A DNA stretch of 64,000 bases from Nymphaea colorata. Its lineage: Eukaryota. The notes under the pieces were generated by a model. That model made no database searches. It was not told where the DNA came from and was given only the letters and a program-made list of their open reading frames with translations. A program made the translations under genes and the position numbers. Shown piece by piece: positions 51,804-64,000 of this stretch (positions are counted from its first letter, which is position 1; each line of letters begins with the position of its first letter). Location: NCBI RefSeq assembly GCF_008831285.2, contig NC_045138.2, positions 25,916,001 to 25,980,000 of the forward strand, read 5' to 3'.

Positions 51804-54800
51804 TCATTTCTGTATATGTGCTATGCTCTCTTCCATAGTGATTTTTATGTTATGTGATCTGCTTGTGGATTTTGTGGTTCTTTCTTTATGTGGCTATCGG
51901 TTTCTCCCCGTTTCTGTAGAATTTGAGGGATAACGTTGCTTCTCTTGGTAGTTTGACTGTGTGATTTTGGGATTTATGCTACCTTGTGGTTCTTTCTTTA
52001 TGTGGTTATCAGCTTGTTTGGATTGGGAGGAGAGTGAGGGGAAGGAAGGGAAAAGACAGATTTACTTGTGCTTGGATGGCTAATTAAGGAGGAGGAAAGG
52101 AAGGTATCAAAAGTTATTGTGTTCGAATGAGAAGGTAAGGAAGAGGAGGGAAAGCAAAAGAAAAAAGACATAGTATGTCTCCAATGCCTCTAAAAATGGA
52201 GAGATTGGGAGGAAAGGAGTGCTCAGTCTAAAAGATGACAAATATGTCCCTCACTCTCACTCTTCCGTGACTCCATCTCTTCAATTTGTTTACTGCCATA
52301 AAGTAGCATTTCTCTATCTCTATCCTTATAGGGAAAGACCTGCTTTACAAGCTTAGCAAATTCTTAGTGCTCTATTTCTTTCATTTTAAATATGTCTTTT
52401 TTACATACATGCGTATATAGGCTAGAACATACATGCATATATAGGCTAGAAGAAAAATACTGGTGCAAATTGCATAACAGCTTAAACTCATATATTATTC
52501 CTTAAATCACTCTAAAACTAAAATGAAAGGAAATAAAATAAAATAACTTACAATCGTATTTTAATCATTAAAATTTCATAACTTAGTTAGCATTCAATAA
52601 TTAACATGTAAGTAATACACACACATATATATATAATATTGATATAAAAATAAAAATAAGCATTAAATTAAAAAAAGAAACATTGAATGAAAACTAATAT
52701 AACTAATTGCATTTTAATCAACCCCAATCCGCTTTTTCTTTTTGTTTTTCTTTTTTTGAGAGACAAAGCAAGAGAGAAAGATATATCTTGGGTGTGAAAA
52801 ATAAATAATTTTTAAATAGTATTTTTGAGAACTTTTTAAGGCCTCATGGGTACCACATTTGTATGTCAACTTTAAGTTGATCAAATTCATAAATGAGATA
52901 TTAATGCCATTTTGAAAAATTTATAATCGAGATTAATAATACGCGAAGTGTCTTTCGTGCAGCTTTACTGTTAACTCTGAATGCCAGATCCAAATTTTTA
53001 TTAAAGAGTATGAAAGCCATGAAAAACAAGATACAAGAAATTACTCCCTCATAATAAAGTAACAGAGTATTTGATTGCGAGAAGAACTTCAAGCTAACAT
53101 TGTGGTCCAAACTCCAAACTATCCTTGGATTCATACATGGTGTAGGGACCATGGGGACAATGTCAGACTCAAACCTTCTTTCCCTTCCTTTTAACAAAAA
53201 TGTGTTTCACAGGATCAACACCATCATGAATTTAAGTAGTCTTTGATAGGCATTTTGCACTCCAAAGTGTAATAAAATAGTATTTTCAACTGAATCGTAG
53301 AGGCAAAATTATCTAATATTTGATAGAAACTTGTATATGGTTGCATGATGTAAGGAAGCCATGTACACCACATTTAATGTGGTCAATTAAAAAGCCGAGG
53401 TAAAAAAATGGGATAGTTGCACCAAATAGGAGTATTTACAAGCTCAGCTGTAAGCACTATTGTAAAATCAAACTCAAGAGTATTAGGGGCATTATGGTCA
53501 ACAAACTTAAATTCTTTTCTTTCCTTTCTTTTATATAGCTAAACAAAAGTGATATTTTGACAACTCCTTTCATTTTCCTTTCCATCATCTGCAAACAAAC
53601 TTTTATAATAGCTTTTTTTTTACTTTTCTTTTATTTTCTTTCGTTCTCCATTATTAATTTCTCATTTCCTTTCCTTTTCATCCTTTAGTATCCTTTACTT
53701 TCCCTCCATCTAACCATAGTGATAAAGGGTCATTGTTCACTGCTTATTTGAGCCCTTGGCCCAGTACGTCTATTGTGCTTCTGATTACGGACTAGAAAAA
53801 CAATTAGGTGTCTCTGGCTAGGTGCTGATGGATTCAAAGAATGACACTTGGCAGGAAGCTTATTACGTGTATTGATTGGAGATGCCTAAGAGTTAATTGA
53901 CTGCAATCTATTAGTTGAAGACTTGAAGTGTTACATACAAGGTGGTAACATACAAGGTGGTAAGATAATTGTGAGCATGGATTCCTCAGATGGGTTCTGC
54001 ACTTCTTGTGATTGCCTAGGTTCATATTAAAATACTTATCTTTGAGAAAAAGGATTTAATGCCTTAATGTTTTGATACCTGCAATCTTTTCCTGGGAAGC
54101 TTCTATCCTCAAGTGGACTGCCACGGTTGGGCATTAATTAGAATAATGTTAAGTCGGAAGCACATGCACCTTGTGAATTTGAAAACTAGATAAATGAATC
54201 ATCATCACTTTCTAGGCTAGAGGCAATTTTGTTTCAAAAGCATAATTATGAATGATCGGTCATCAAACATTAGGACGGAGCACTTTAATGCTCTAAGAAA
54301 TTTTTATGCGCCTAAAGATTTCTCATCTTGTTTGACTCATTTAGGATGATAGGAACCATATGGCATTGGCTTTTGGGCACTTATGAAGAGTTTCCTAAAA
54401 AGTGTACCCAAGCTTCTAGCCAGTAGCCACCATTTTTTCAACTAAGTGAAGGCTATTTCTTTTACCTGATATTGTTGTTATCCTTACTACATCTTGTCAT
54501 CATTACTATGATCACCATTGCCATCACATTCTCGAGTATAATAGTTATTATTGCTGCTAAACAGGTATCCTTTTATTGATTGTCTTTGTCTACTCATACA
54601 GTTTTTTACACACTTCTGCTTCTAAATATAACTGTGATGGACATGGCCTATGCTTCTGACTTTATGATATTCTAAGTTTGAAATTGTCTATTTTGGTCAT
54701 CAATTTATATAAATGATTAATTGACCTGCTAACTGATGAGTAAGATTGCATGAGAAGCTATTTCTACTGGGTAAATGGTATGGTTCATTTAAGAATAACA

Positions 54801-56856
54801 TGCAGGTATGTTACTGCTTATGTAAAGAAATTCAGAAGGTCAATTCCAGTGACTGATCTAATCCAAGTCATAATTCTATGTTGCTAGTCCCTTGGGTGTT
54901 ACCTTTGCCTCAATGCTGCATGCCTTGCCCTTCTCTGTGTCTAATCTTTGAATTAATGATGAAATACATGGTCTCTTTGCTTAGAATTATATGCCTTGGC
55001 TGCTCTGCCGATCTATATGTTGGTCTGCCAATTTGTCTTGTTATAAGTTTTCTCATGGTTGATCCTCACATCTTCTTTTTTCTTTTAGGCTTTTCATTGT
55101 CGTCGAGGCAAGGCATATCTTTTCAATAATGCGTGAGTCAGATTATCTCTCTGGAAAATTTTAACATTCATTGTCTTTAATTGATCATTTGCATAAGTCT
55201 TATGCTTGTCATCTATGTCTAGCCCGGAGATTAATTAGATGTTGACATCTGCTTGTTATTTTTCTACATAACTTAGTTTGTTAACTGTAAGGAACTGTTG
55301 TGTCACTTGTGTGTGCTTATATCTTCCCTAGTACTTATGGTGCAGGAAATTTACTGCATTATATGTTGCATATTATTGTTGCTTATGCTGTAGACCTTCT
55401 ATGTTGTTTTCTTTATATTGTTATCAAGAACGGTCCAAAGATGTTTTTACTCGCACCTGGTGATACATACACAGTAAACTTGACTTGCTTCCCCCCTTCA
55501 ATCCGTGTCAGAGTCTTCAAAGATTGAACGTATCTTTGTCTCTGCACTCTGACTATCGTATAGCCTTTTCTAACATGAATTTTGTAAAACCTTTTCCATG
55601 TGTCTTTTGTAAAGGGTGGCTATTAATAGAGCTTATAACGATCACATTCAAGGACAAGAATAGAGGTAGTTGTGGTTGTTCTCCACAAATTTTATCATTG
55701 CATTTACCCTTTTATTTTCTCTTCCATTTCACGAAGGTTACATGATACCATAATTGCCGTTTTCACCTGGGACATCATCTATCTGTAGTGTTATTGCAAA
55801 CCGAAATTTTCCTCCACAATATCTTGTGTTGTCAACAATGGCCAAGACACCTCAATTTAAAATTCTACTAAGACACCCTCAATATAAAATTCTACTCAAT
55901 GCACTGATGCAGTCTTGCAGAGACATTAGTGTTTGGTGTTTTCATATATCATTCTTTTGTTTATTTGTACGTTGTAACTAGTTCCGAGATCGGTGTCCTA
56001 TATTATTTATGTGCAGCTTTATTTGAAGGGCATATTTCCCCTTCTGAGATAAGTTGGTGATTAAGAAACCTTAATTTTCAATTAATTCAGTTATTGCTTT
56101 CTATCTATTTTCCATTGTTCTTTGTAACTAGAATTGTTTGGTGTGATTTCTGTGGAGATTAGAGTCCGTCATCTAATCGCTGCATCACACACATGCACAT
56201 GCAAGCAGACAAATACAGACATATTGTGCACAATGAGCCAAGTTACTTCAACTTTCTCAGGTTGATACATCTCCACTTCTATCAAGCTCATGTATTGAAC
56301 AGGTCAAGCTTGATCATCAGTGATCACCTATCCAAGCTGTACATGACTACATCTAAAGGGGCAACCTTGATCTGCTTTCTTGTAGTTCGAATGGCCTCAA
56401 CTAATGTGGATCTGGATGAACCAGAAGGGATGTAAATATATGGTACTTGCTACATCCATCACAATAATAAATTAGTGTAATGATTTTCTTCTGCCAGCAA
56501 AGGTAGAGATGGAGATCACAGTTTTCAAGTTTTCTGTCTACTTCTTCTGCCTGTTAACAGAGGAAAAACATTTTGAGTGAACCTTAGTGTGGTGGTTAAG
56601 CTTCATTCCGGCTTGAGAATGGTGGTTAAGAGTAAGACTGTCTCAAACTTGGGCCAGTCAGTTGTTGACCAGCTTGTAACAGCCAAAGCTTGGCCTTGGC
56701 GCCATTTTTTGCATCTCTTCCTACAGACCAATCATGTATATGATACAAGTCTACCATCAGAAGTCCGACGCAGGTTAGTCAAGAGACTCAAGACCTGAAA
56801 TGATAATTGGTCTAAGTCGATTGACTAAAAATAAGTATATAAACGAACTTATACAG

Positions 56857-56903
<47 letters not shown>

Positions 56904-57822
56904 TCAGGCATTTATCGGCTGACTAATCAAGATTTTGACTATAGAGGCACAAGCACATCCAGTGAAAACATCTTAATGTTTGTACATGTAGGCAACATGC
57001 AATGAACCATTCACATCTTTAGCCATATCTGTGTAGCCTGTAGTGTAAGATATTTTCAAATTCTCATGGATACACCAAGGATCTGTGGTGTGTGTGGAGA
57101 CCCCTTTTCTGATTGTGCTCTTCTGGTCATACACCATACCTTTGTTAAACATCATGATCAACACACCAAGTGCATTTGTGCTTCTGTGGTCTATGCCTAA
57201 TCTTTGTTAAACGTCATGACCAAGATCAGAAAACCATTATTAATCAGCTTCCTTCTTGAACTTCACTTGTGCAGAGTGAACATTATCGTTGGAGATCAAG
57301 AAGAAAGGCTGATGATTTCTGGCATGCACACTGTAGCAGATATATTTTGCTGCTGCTGTGGGCAAATAGTTGGTTGGAAATACGTAGGTTTCTATGATCT
57401 ACTTATACTTTTTTTTTTCCCTCCTTTCCAATATCTGATCCATTGCACGATTTCTCTATGTCAAATGCTTTTCTGCAGGAGGCAGCTCATGAGCAGACTC
57501 AAAAATATAAAGAGGGGAAATATATTCTAGAAAGGTACTTTGATATTTGATGTTTCTTTATCTTTCCATTCGGAAAATTTACCCATCTAATGGAGGGAAA
57601 AGAAGGGAAGGAAAGAGGAAATGGAAAATGAATCATATAATGGATATCCTGGTCGGCTTGTAGTTGTACAATATCTTATCTGCATTTGCATGCCTAATGA
57701 TGCATTCTTTTGCGGGCCTAATGGTGCAATTTTTTCTGTCTAGAGGGCGGATAATTGATGGAATAGATCCAGAATTGTACCTTGATACGCAAATGGGTGG
57801 CAGTGATGCTGAGGATGCTTAG
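51675..57822 (+). CDS. Yippee-like (YPEL/Moh1) zinc-binding protein, At5g53940 type; exons 51675-51770, 55089-55132, 57275-57383, 57479-57534, 57744-57822
   Basis: Spliced translation [127 protein letters not shown]. It has two CxxC motifs and the KYKEGK signature; junctions are in-phase GT-AG. Confidence 0.95.
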
Positions 57823-59310
57823 TTCATACGTCTGTGTATGTAATCATGTTAGCTTGTATATAGAGAGATCAGATAGTTGAGTGCTGTTAACGGCTGGGGA
57901 TACCTTCCTTTTGGTTCCATTATCCCACTGCCCCTCTGTAGAAACCTTTTTTTTTTTTTCCTGTTTTGCGAGGACATTTTTATTTAGCCAAACCTCTATT
58001 TCTGTGAGAAAGTTACTAGTTATATGTAATTCAATAATTTCTGAATTTTGGAAAGATTGGACGATCAGGTTATTAGGACCAACTAGGTGGTTATGGTACC
58101 AGCTCTCAATGGGCATATGACAAAGTATGAAGGTGTAGACGGATGGTAAATCCCAGGTCCCTGGTTGGAGTTTATCTGGCAGAGAAACAGTAGCTGATCT
58201 TTAGTAACAAGCTCCTCATGGCCGTCTAGGTCTACGTATTCAATGACTTGGGGACCTCCTCGCTGGCGTGTGATTCTCAGCTTTGACCTTGAAGGATGGT
58301 TTCACACAAACCATGAAATGGAATTTTCGAACTTCTGGTGTCCCGTGAATTTTGTTGTCATTCATGAACGACGTTTCCTGGAGTGCTTTTACAGACATTT
58401 TTGCGTGCCCTAGTTAAGTTTTGTAGGTAAAAAAAATGATTGAAATTTTGGAAGAAAGAGAATGGGAGAGAAAAACTCTTCAAAGTGTTGCATGAATTTG
58501 AATTTTATGTCTTTGAAAAGCTATGGAAAGAATGAGACATTTTTGGACCATGAGCATGCCCACATTTCCTAGTCGCAATTATGAAATAATAAGCGGATGT
58601 TGGATTTCTAGAGTAATTTTTTGCCACAATAGTTGGAGAGCAAGTGGTAAAGAGGGGGCACTTATTAAAGATTATTGGTACGAAGGCCATTGGATTAAGT
58701 TCCAGCGTTGTCATTCACGGCAAGGCCCCTCGACGGGATACCATCTTGGTTCTTGTTGGTACACTTGAGCATTTTTGGTATCTTAAACTTCTAAAGGTGA
58801 AATTCTCGTGCATTTTTGCGATCTCAAACTCCTAAAGATGAAATCCGAGGTTCATCAAATTTACTGACCAATTTCATTTTGGTTTCTTCATTTATGCCTG
58901 TACTTTAGTTAATTTTATACTTAAACTCAGGAAGAGGAGAGAGGAAGAGAGATCTTATAAAAAAGTTGCTACTATAAAATTTATTGGCAAGTTTCTTGTT
59001 TAAAACTTAAACGGGATTTAGAAAAATCGATAACAAGTGTATGAATGACGTTGATGACTTGTATTATAAATATATCACTCCAAAAACTGTTGATAACGCA
59101 ACAATTTCGGTCAAGTCTGGCCTAACATTTTGCCTTCATAATATTTAAGATAATACTAAGTAAAAAAAAAACCTTTTAAAGTACACGAAGCCAGGAGCAC
59201 ATTCTCTTGACAATGGTAAACACAGGGTCTCAAAGCAGCCTTCAGATTTCATCCAATCTCTGAGACCCCGAGATTCGAACCGCTACAAGTTATTCCCAGT
59301 ATTTTCCTAT

Positions 59311-62300
59311 TTACATTTTACTGTGCCTAAAATTATGTGAAGCGTCGTTGATATGCCCTTGCCCGTTCGATGAACGTTGCAGAAGCTTTTCAGCATGGTG
59401 CTCCTTGATGAACTTTGCAAAACGGCTTCCTTTTTGTCCATCCTGCTTGTCCAATATAGATTCTGGAAGTGAAGGCCTTGCATTCGGTGGAGGTACCAGT
59501 GACCAAATCGCCGCAAATTCATTTGATCTTTCCAGAGTCTGCAATATTGACATATCCTGCATGTCTACTCCCGAAAAGGAAGGAAAACCATCATCGTTAG
59601 CAGCAGCACATTCTCAACCACAACAAAGCATGGGGAAGTAATGACATAGTGTTTCCCTGTAGAAATTTATGATCAATTTGAACAGCTAGATCTAAAGAAA
59701 CACATGTAACCATTTTTATCTACCTGACGAGAACCTAAAGACTGGTTCCAGAGGTGCGAGGGGGATGCTGAAATTCAGGTGAGGGATTATGGTCCCACGG
59801 CTATGCCTTGCATTGCTATATCCAAGAGACAAACCACTGATTAGACTGTATGTATAATATTCAAACTATCGAAACATGGAAGAAGATGATGACAACACCA
59901 TTTCCAGAAAGATGGATTAACAATTTTTTCATGACGCAACAAGTCACACTTGCATGAGTATACCTGGTCACAAGACCAATTAAATGGCCCCTTGAATTGA
60001 AAACACCGCCACCACTTCCACCTGGATGCACTGCAGCTGTTGTTTCAAGCATTGCAGGCACAGGTTTCCCACCTCCAGTTTCTAATGCCTTATGAGATGT
60101 CTTCACAACTCTAGCAATCACACCAGAACTAACAGATGGGCAAAGATCTGGAACCATGCCGGAACAGGTATAATCAATCAATGTAACAGGTAAAAACTAA
60201 AAAGATAGACCCCCCCTTAGAGGATGAACAGGAATACTTAGCAGCTACCAGTAATTGTGAATTCAATGAAGTACTTACTTGACCGAGGTCCAAAAAGGCC
60301 ATGCCCTATGACAAATGCTTTAGATCCAGGTTCTGGCCATGCGACCTCCGGAGTCACAGGACAAATACAATTTGGGACTGAATCTATTTGTAACAAGGCA
60401 ATGTCCAAAGAGCCTCTGGAAACATATACTGTTCTTGCATCACACCACACTTTTGTGTTGTCATGATCTAGACGAACACGTATCCTTCCATAGCCCTGGT
60501 AAGTAGGATTCCTTGCATATGCCATCCCATCAACTCCAGAGTCATCCATCAAAACAGGCTCAGGCATCAAATTCTCTCTCCATGTATCGCTTGGCTCTTC
60601 TGTTTGAGAAAGAATAGGAGATGTCCACAGTTTGTTTGCAATTCCACTTACTTGAAGCATTTCTCTAAATCTCCATGGCTCCAAAAGGTGAGCATTTGTG
60701 AGTATGAGACCTTTGGAATTTAGTATAATGCCAGAAGCCCAAGCTCCATCTCCAACAGTCACAAGCACAACTGATGCCATAGCCTTTTGAAGCTGAAATA
60801 AAGAAGGATGAATAGTGACAAAAGCATCTTCTGATGCTTCTATGGAATCACTAGTGATGTCCACTCGGAGTCCACTACTTGAGACAGTATTGCTAGATGA
60901 CTCCAACTGGGCACCTGCAAGTTTCTTCTGAAGTTTTCTGTGTATACCATCAGCTATGGCATCCCATGGCACCACAAGCTGTTCACCAAAACGTTTATCT
61001 TATGAATATGAGAGAGAGAGAGAGAGGGGGGGGAAAGAAAGAGAGAAAGTAGGAAAACTGCAAGCATGACCTGAATTTCCGCCCCTCCAGCAGATTGTTT
61101 CATGGGCCTGATTAGAATGCCAACAAGGCATGCATTCTTGCCAAACACTGGACCACCTTCCATTCCTAGGCAATCAAATTATTTTTAAAAGTGAAACATG
61201 AAGCATTCACATGGCAAAGAAATCTGAATCAGAAGTCATCAACTCTGTGTAATGGCTCACACCAGGCAGGCATCGTATATCAGCCATCAACAGGGAGCTG
61301 CATGAAGCAACTGATGGACAACAATTCGCAACCACACCAACAGAGACACTGGTTAAAAGTAGAAAAAGCTAGAAATGAATTGCACATCGAGACCCAACAA
61401 TTGCTAGTGCTGCAGAGAATCAGTGAAGAAAAATGATCCACAAATGATGTTCAATTGATTTCAACTGTTTCCATGAAAGATATTTTAGCATGCAAAGAAA
61501 GATGACTAGATTTAAGACGAACGTATGTACCCAGTCAACAAACAGATCAGCTGCCATGTTCTTTAGATACATGAAGGGAGAGGTAGATGTGGGGATTAAT
61601 CAGGCTTCCTCTCATCTAAAGCCAAAGTTAGAAAAGATATCTACTAATACATTTTTGTACGTACTATACTGGAATGAGCACAGCATGGCAAGAAAAGAAG
61701 GAAAAGCAAAAAACTAGCAAATCCACTGATGGGACGAAAAGGACATAATAAGGAGCAATAGGCTCAAAACGGCAGTTTGAAAAATGCTTAACTAAGAAAA
61801 AATTGCAGAAGCAATACCTATTGAAGAAGTGTAATGGAGAAAGTATCCCAAATGGCGAGCCCATAGCTAGAAGAACATCACCTCTTTTGTTGCTTAGTGA
61901 AATATTGACATGTGGTCTATCCTGAAATATGAAGTTTGTCAACCTATAAAAGATTCTGGATAGATTCCATATTTCCTCTAAATCCAGAGATCATTGACTG
62001 AAGGTGGATTTCATTGAATGAGCGATATCCTCCAAATTCAGAATCAGTGACCGAAGGACGCACTAGAAAAATTTCTACCTTGGTGTCCATTCCAGCAAGT
62101 ATGAGAAAAGCAAGCCTGGTAGTAGTCGAGGCCAGAATACTTGGCTCTTTTAAGCTGTCTGCATCCCTTGTACTCTGAATCTGTTGCAAATAATGTGTGC
62201 CTCTTTCTTCATCCTGAAACAAATTAGAGTAAGACAACTAATAACAATTTCGATCATTAAATTGATGATGAAACAGAACAAAACAATAGACGAAAATCCA

Positions 62301-63194
62301 TATTCAAGTATAGATCTTAGAAAGTAGAATGGGTAACACAAAGCAAGTAATAACTGTTTCGACTTATGCATGTAACCCAATCCCTTCAGAAACACATACG
62401 TGTCCAGCTCCACTTTATATGGACATGAACCAATTCTTTAAAGGAAAAGTTTCAGACATCTTCTATTTCACTCATTATATCAAGTTAACAAGGAAAAAAG
62501 AGAAAGTTTCAGAGGGCAAATTAGTTTTTCTATTGCTCAGAAAAAGGTCATTCTACTAAAGCAAATAACGGGGCTGATCTGGGTCCAGATGGTTGGTGAG
62601 TGTAAATAAGAATCCAATAGTTGAAAATGTCCTTATGTGCTATAATAGACATAAATGGAGTATATGATATCTACAAGGTCGAGAAGTTCTTTTAAAAACA
62701 TAAAAATTTTGTACGGACAAATAACAGTCATATGGCAATTCATGACCATGCGAAGTAATACCTAGTGCCCATGCAAAGACAAGGGGAAACAGATGCCTTT
62801 GTAAAAAATGTCACATAGATTTCTTGTGAACAATAATTTTGAAAATACCCAAGTCCAACACATGACATACATATCCAGCATATCCAGGTATTGGACACTT
62901 TGAAGCTCAATTTTCCTCCAAGCCACTTCAAGCCTACTTGGATGGGATAAAAACAAGAAAGGAGAACAAAAACAACCAAAAAGCCTGTGACTTACCTGCA
63001 AAAGATATAATCATATGAAAGAAAGATAAGACAAAATCTAGTTCTACAATTAACGGGTGAACCTCAACTTGTAGGGAGTTGATATTTGAGTAGGGAACAT
63101 TCTTTGATGATGCCAATGACCATCCAGACTCCCAAGAACCACCATGTCCTTTTAGTAGGGAGGTAAGTGCAATAGATGATGCTGGGACGTCCAC
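59311..63194 (-). CDS. DEG15: Glyoxysomal/peroxisomal processing protease DEG15, 3' part (5' exons lie beyond the window); exons 63194-63063, 62213-62079, 61921-61818, 61348-61263, 61165-61071, 60978-60279, 60147-59964, 59815-59724, 59564-59311
   Basis: [37 protein letters not shown], triad motifs [12 protein letters not shown] (His), LDIALLQ (Asp), [12 protein letters not shown] (Ser), [18 protein letters not shown], and a PTS1-type C-terminus SKM*. Confidence 0.93.
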
Positions 63195-63452
63195 CTATAA
63201 GTACCATAAGAAGAAATTTTAGATCAAATTAAGGCAAATAAAACCTGATTAGCTTTTGAGTTCAATGACATTCGTATAAAAGAACCTTGAACGGCTGATG
63301 CAAAAGTAATAACGAAGTAAAACCAGAAAGATATTCATAATATTAGAAAATTTGCTTATTAAGTAAAAAAGGAGAAATTTTAGATCAAAGTCAAAATTAA
63401 GAATGATAAACTCTGATTAACATTCAATATTGAAGCCACTGATGCTTTATAC

Positions 63453-63677
63453 TAATGAACCTAAAATGCTTGATGCAAAAGCAGTAAGGAAACAAACCCA
63501 GAAAGATACACATAATATCAAAGTCGAACAAAACAAGATATGGATAGTAATAAAGTCTTATGATAATGAACCTAAAATGCTTGATGCAAAAGCAGTAAGG
63601 AAACAAACCCAGAAAGATATCCATAATATCAAAGTCGAACAAAACAAGATATGGATAGTAGTAAAGTCTTATAATAA
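63453..63677. repeat. 111-bp tandem duplication in a DEG15 intron
   Basis: Units start at 63453 and 63564 (taatgaacctaaaatgcttgatgc...), nearly identical. Confidence 0.95.
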
Positions 63678-63804
63678 CCGCATAAAACTGAAGTTCAAAC
63701 AGGCAGTTCAGATGCACCAACTCACTCAAAAAATAAGACAAGTTCAGGAAATGCATTATATAGCACATAAGTCACCAAATTTCCTTAAGTTTTCTGAATA
63801 ATTA

Positions 63805-63964
63805 ATGTCTCCAAAGCACACGACTGTAGACTTCGCTCCAGAAAGGAGTCATAATTCCATGTGAAATTACTATGATAGATCAATATGTCTCCAAAGCACA
63901 CGACTGTAGACTTCTCTCCAGAAAGGAGTCATAATTCCATGTGAAATTACTATGATAGATCAAT
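63805..63964. repeat. 80-bp tandem duplication in a DEG15 intron
   Basis: Units start at 63805 and 63885 (atgtctccaaagcacacgactg...), one mismatch seen. Confidence 0.95.
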
Positions 63965-64000
63965 TCTATTACAATAACCAACAAATAAAACCAAATATCA

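Noticed and set aside
63424..63801. 114-123 aa ORFs with internal repeats
   Set aside because: Produced by the 111-bp (multiple of three) intronic tandem duplication.
1..64000. CRISPR arrays, rRNA/tRNA genes, organellar insertions or prokaryote-type systems
   Set aside because: None recognised. The repeats are two-copy tandems, SSRs or LTRs, with no repeat-spacer structure.

Overview
Flowering-plant nuclear DNA: AT-rich, with GT-AG introns, many (GA)n/(TA)n microsatellites and decayed non-autonomous transposon fragments. The species cannot be fixed from the sequence alone. In order, the window holds: (1) an intron-containing pseudogene of mitochondrial ribosomal protein mS23 on the minus strand (~3.3-6.0 kb); (2) a 6-exon FRIGIDA-ESSENTIAL1-like CCCH zinc-finger gene (10.5-18.3 kb); (3) a 7.24-kb defective Ty3/gypsy LTR retrotransposon with a 5-bp TSD, a tRNA-iMet PBS, a 3-kb LTR, and one deletion removing integrase, the PPT and most of the second LTR (19.6-26.9 kb); (4) a gene-poor stretch with an apparent orphan polyamine-oxidase-type conserved-peptide uORF and other gene relics (27-41 kb); (5) a 7-exon RSS3-like bHLH-MYC_N gene; (6) a CAF1-fold gene that has lost most DEDDh catalytic residues and carries an intron; (7) a 5-exon Yippee-like gene; (8) the 3' nine exons of peroxisomal processing protease DEG15, which continues beyond the window. 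No clearly new biological system was found. The best leads are the catalytically dead CAF1 paralogue, the orphan uORF leader, a candidate recursive (AG|GT) splice point in a DEG15 intron, and the mS23 pseudogene. Family assignments come from recognised motifs recalled from memory, not from database searches, and exon borders were read by eye.
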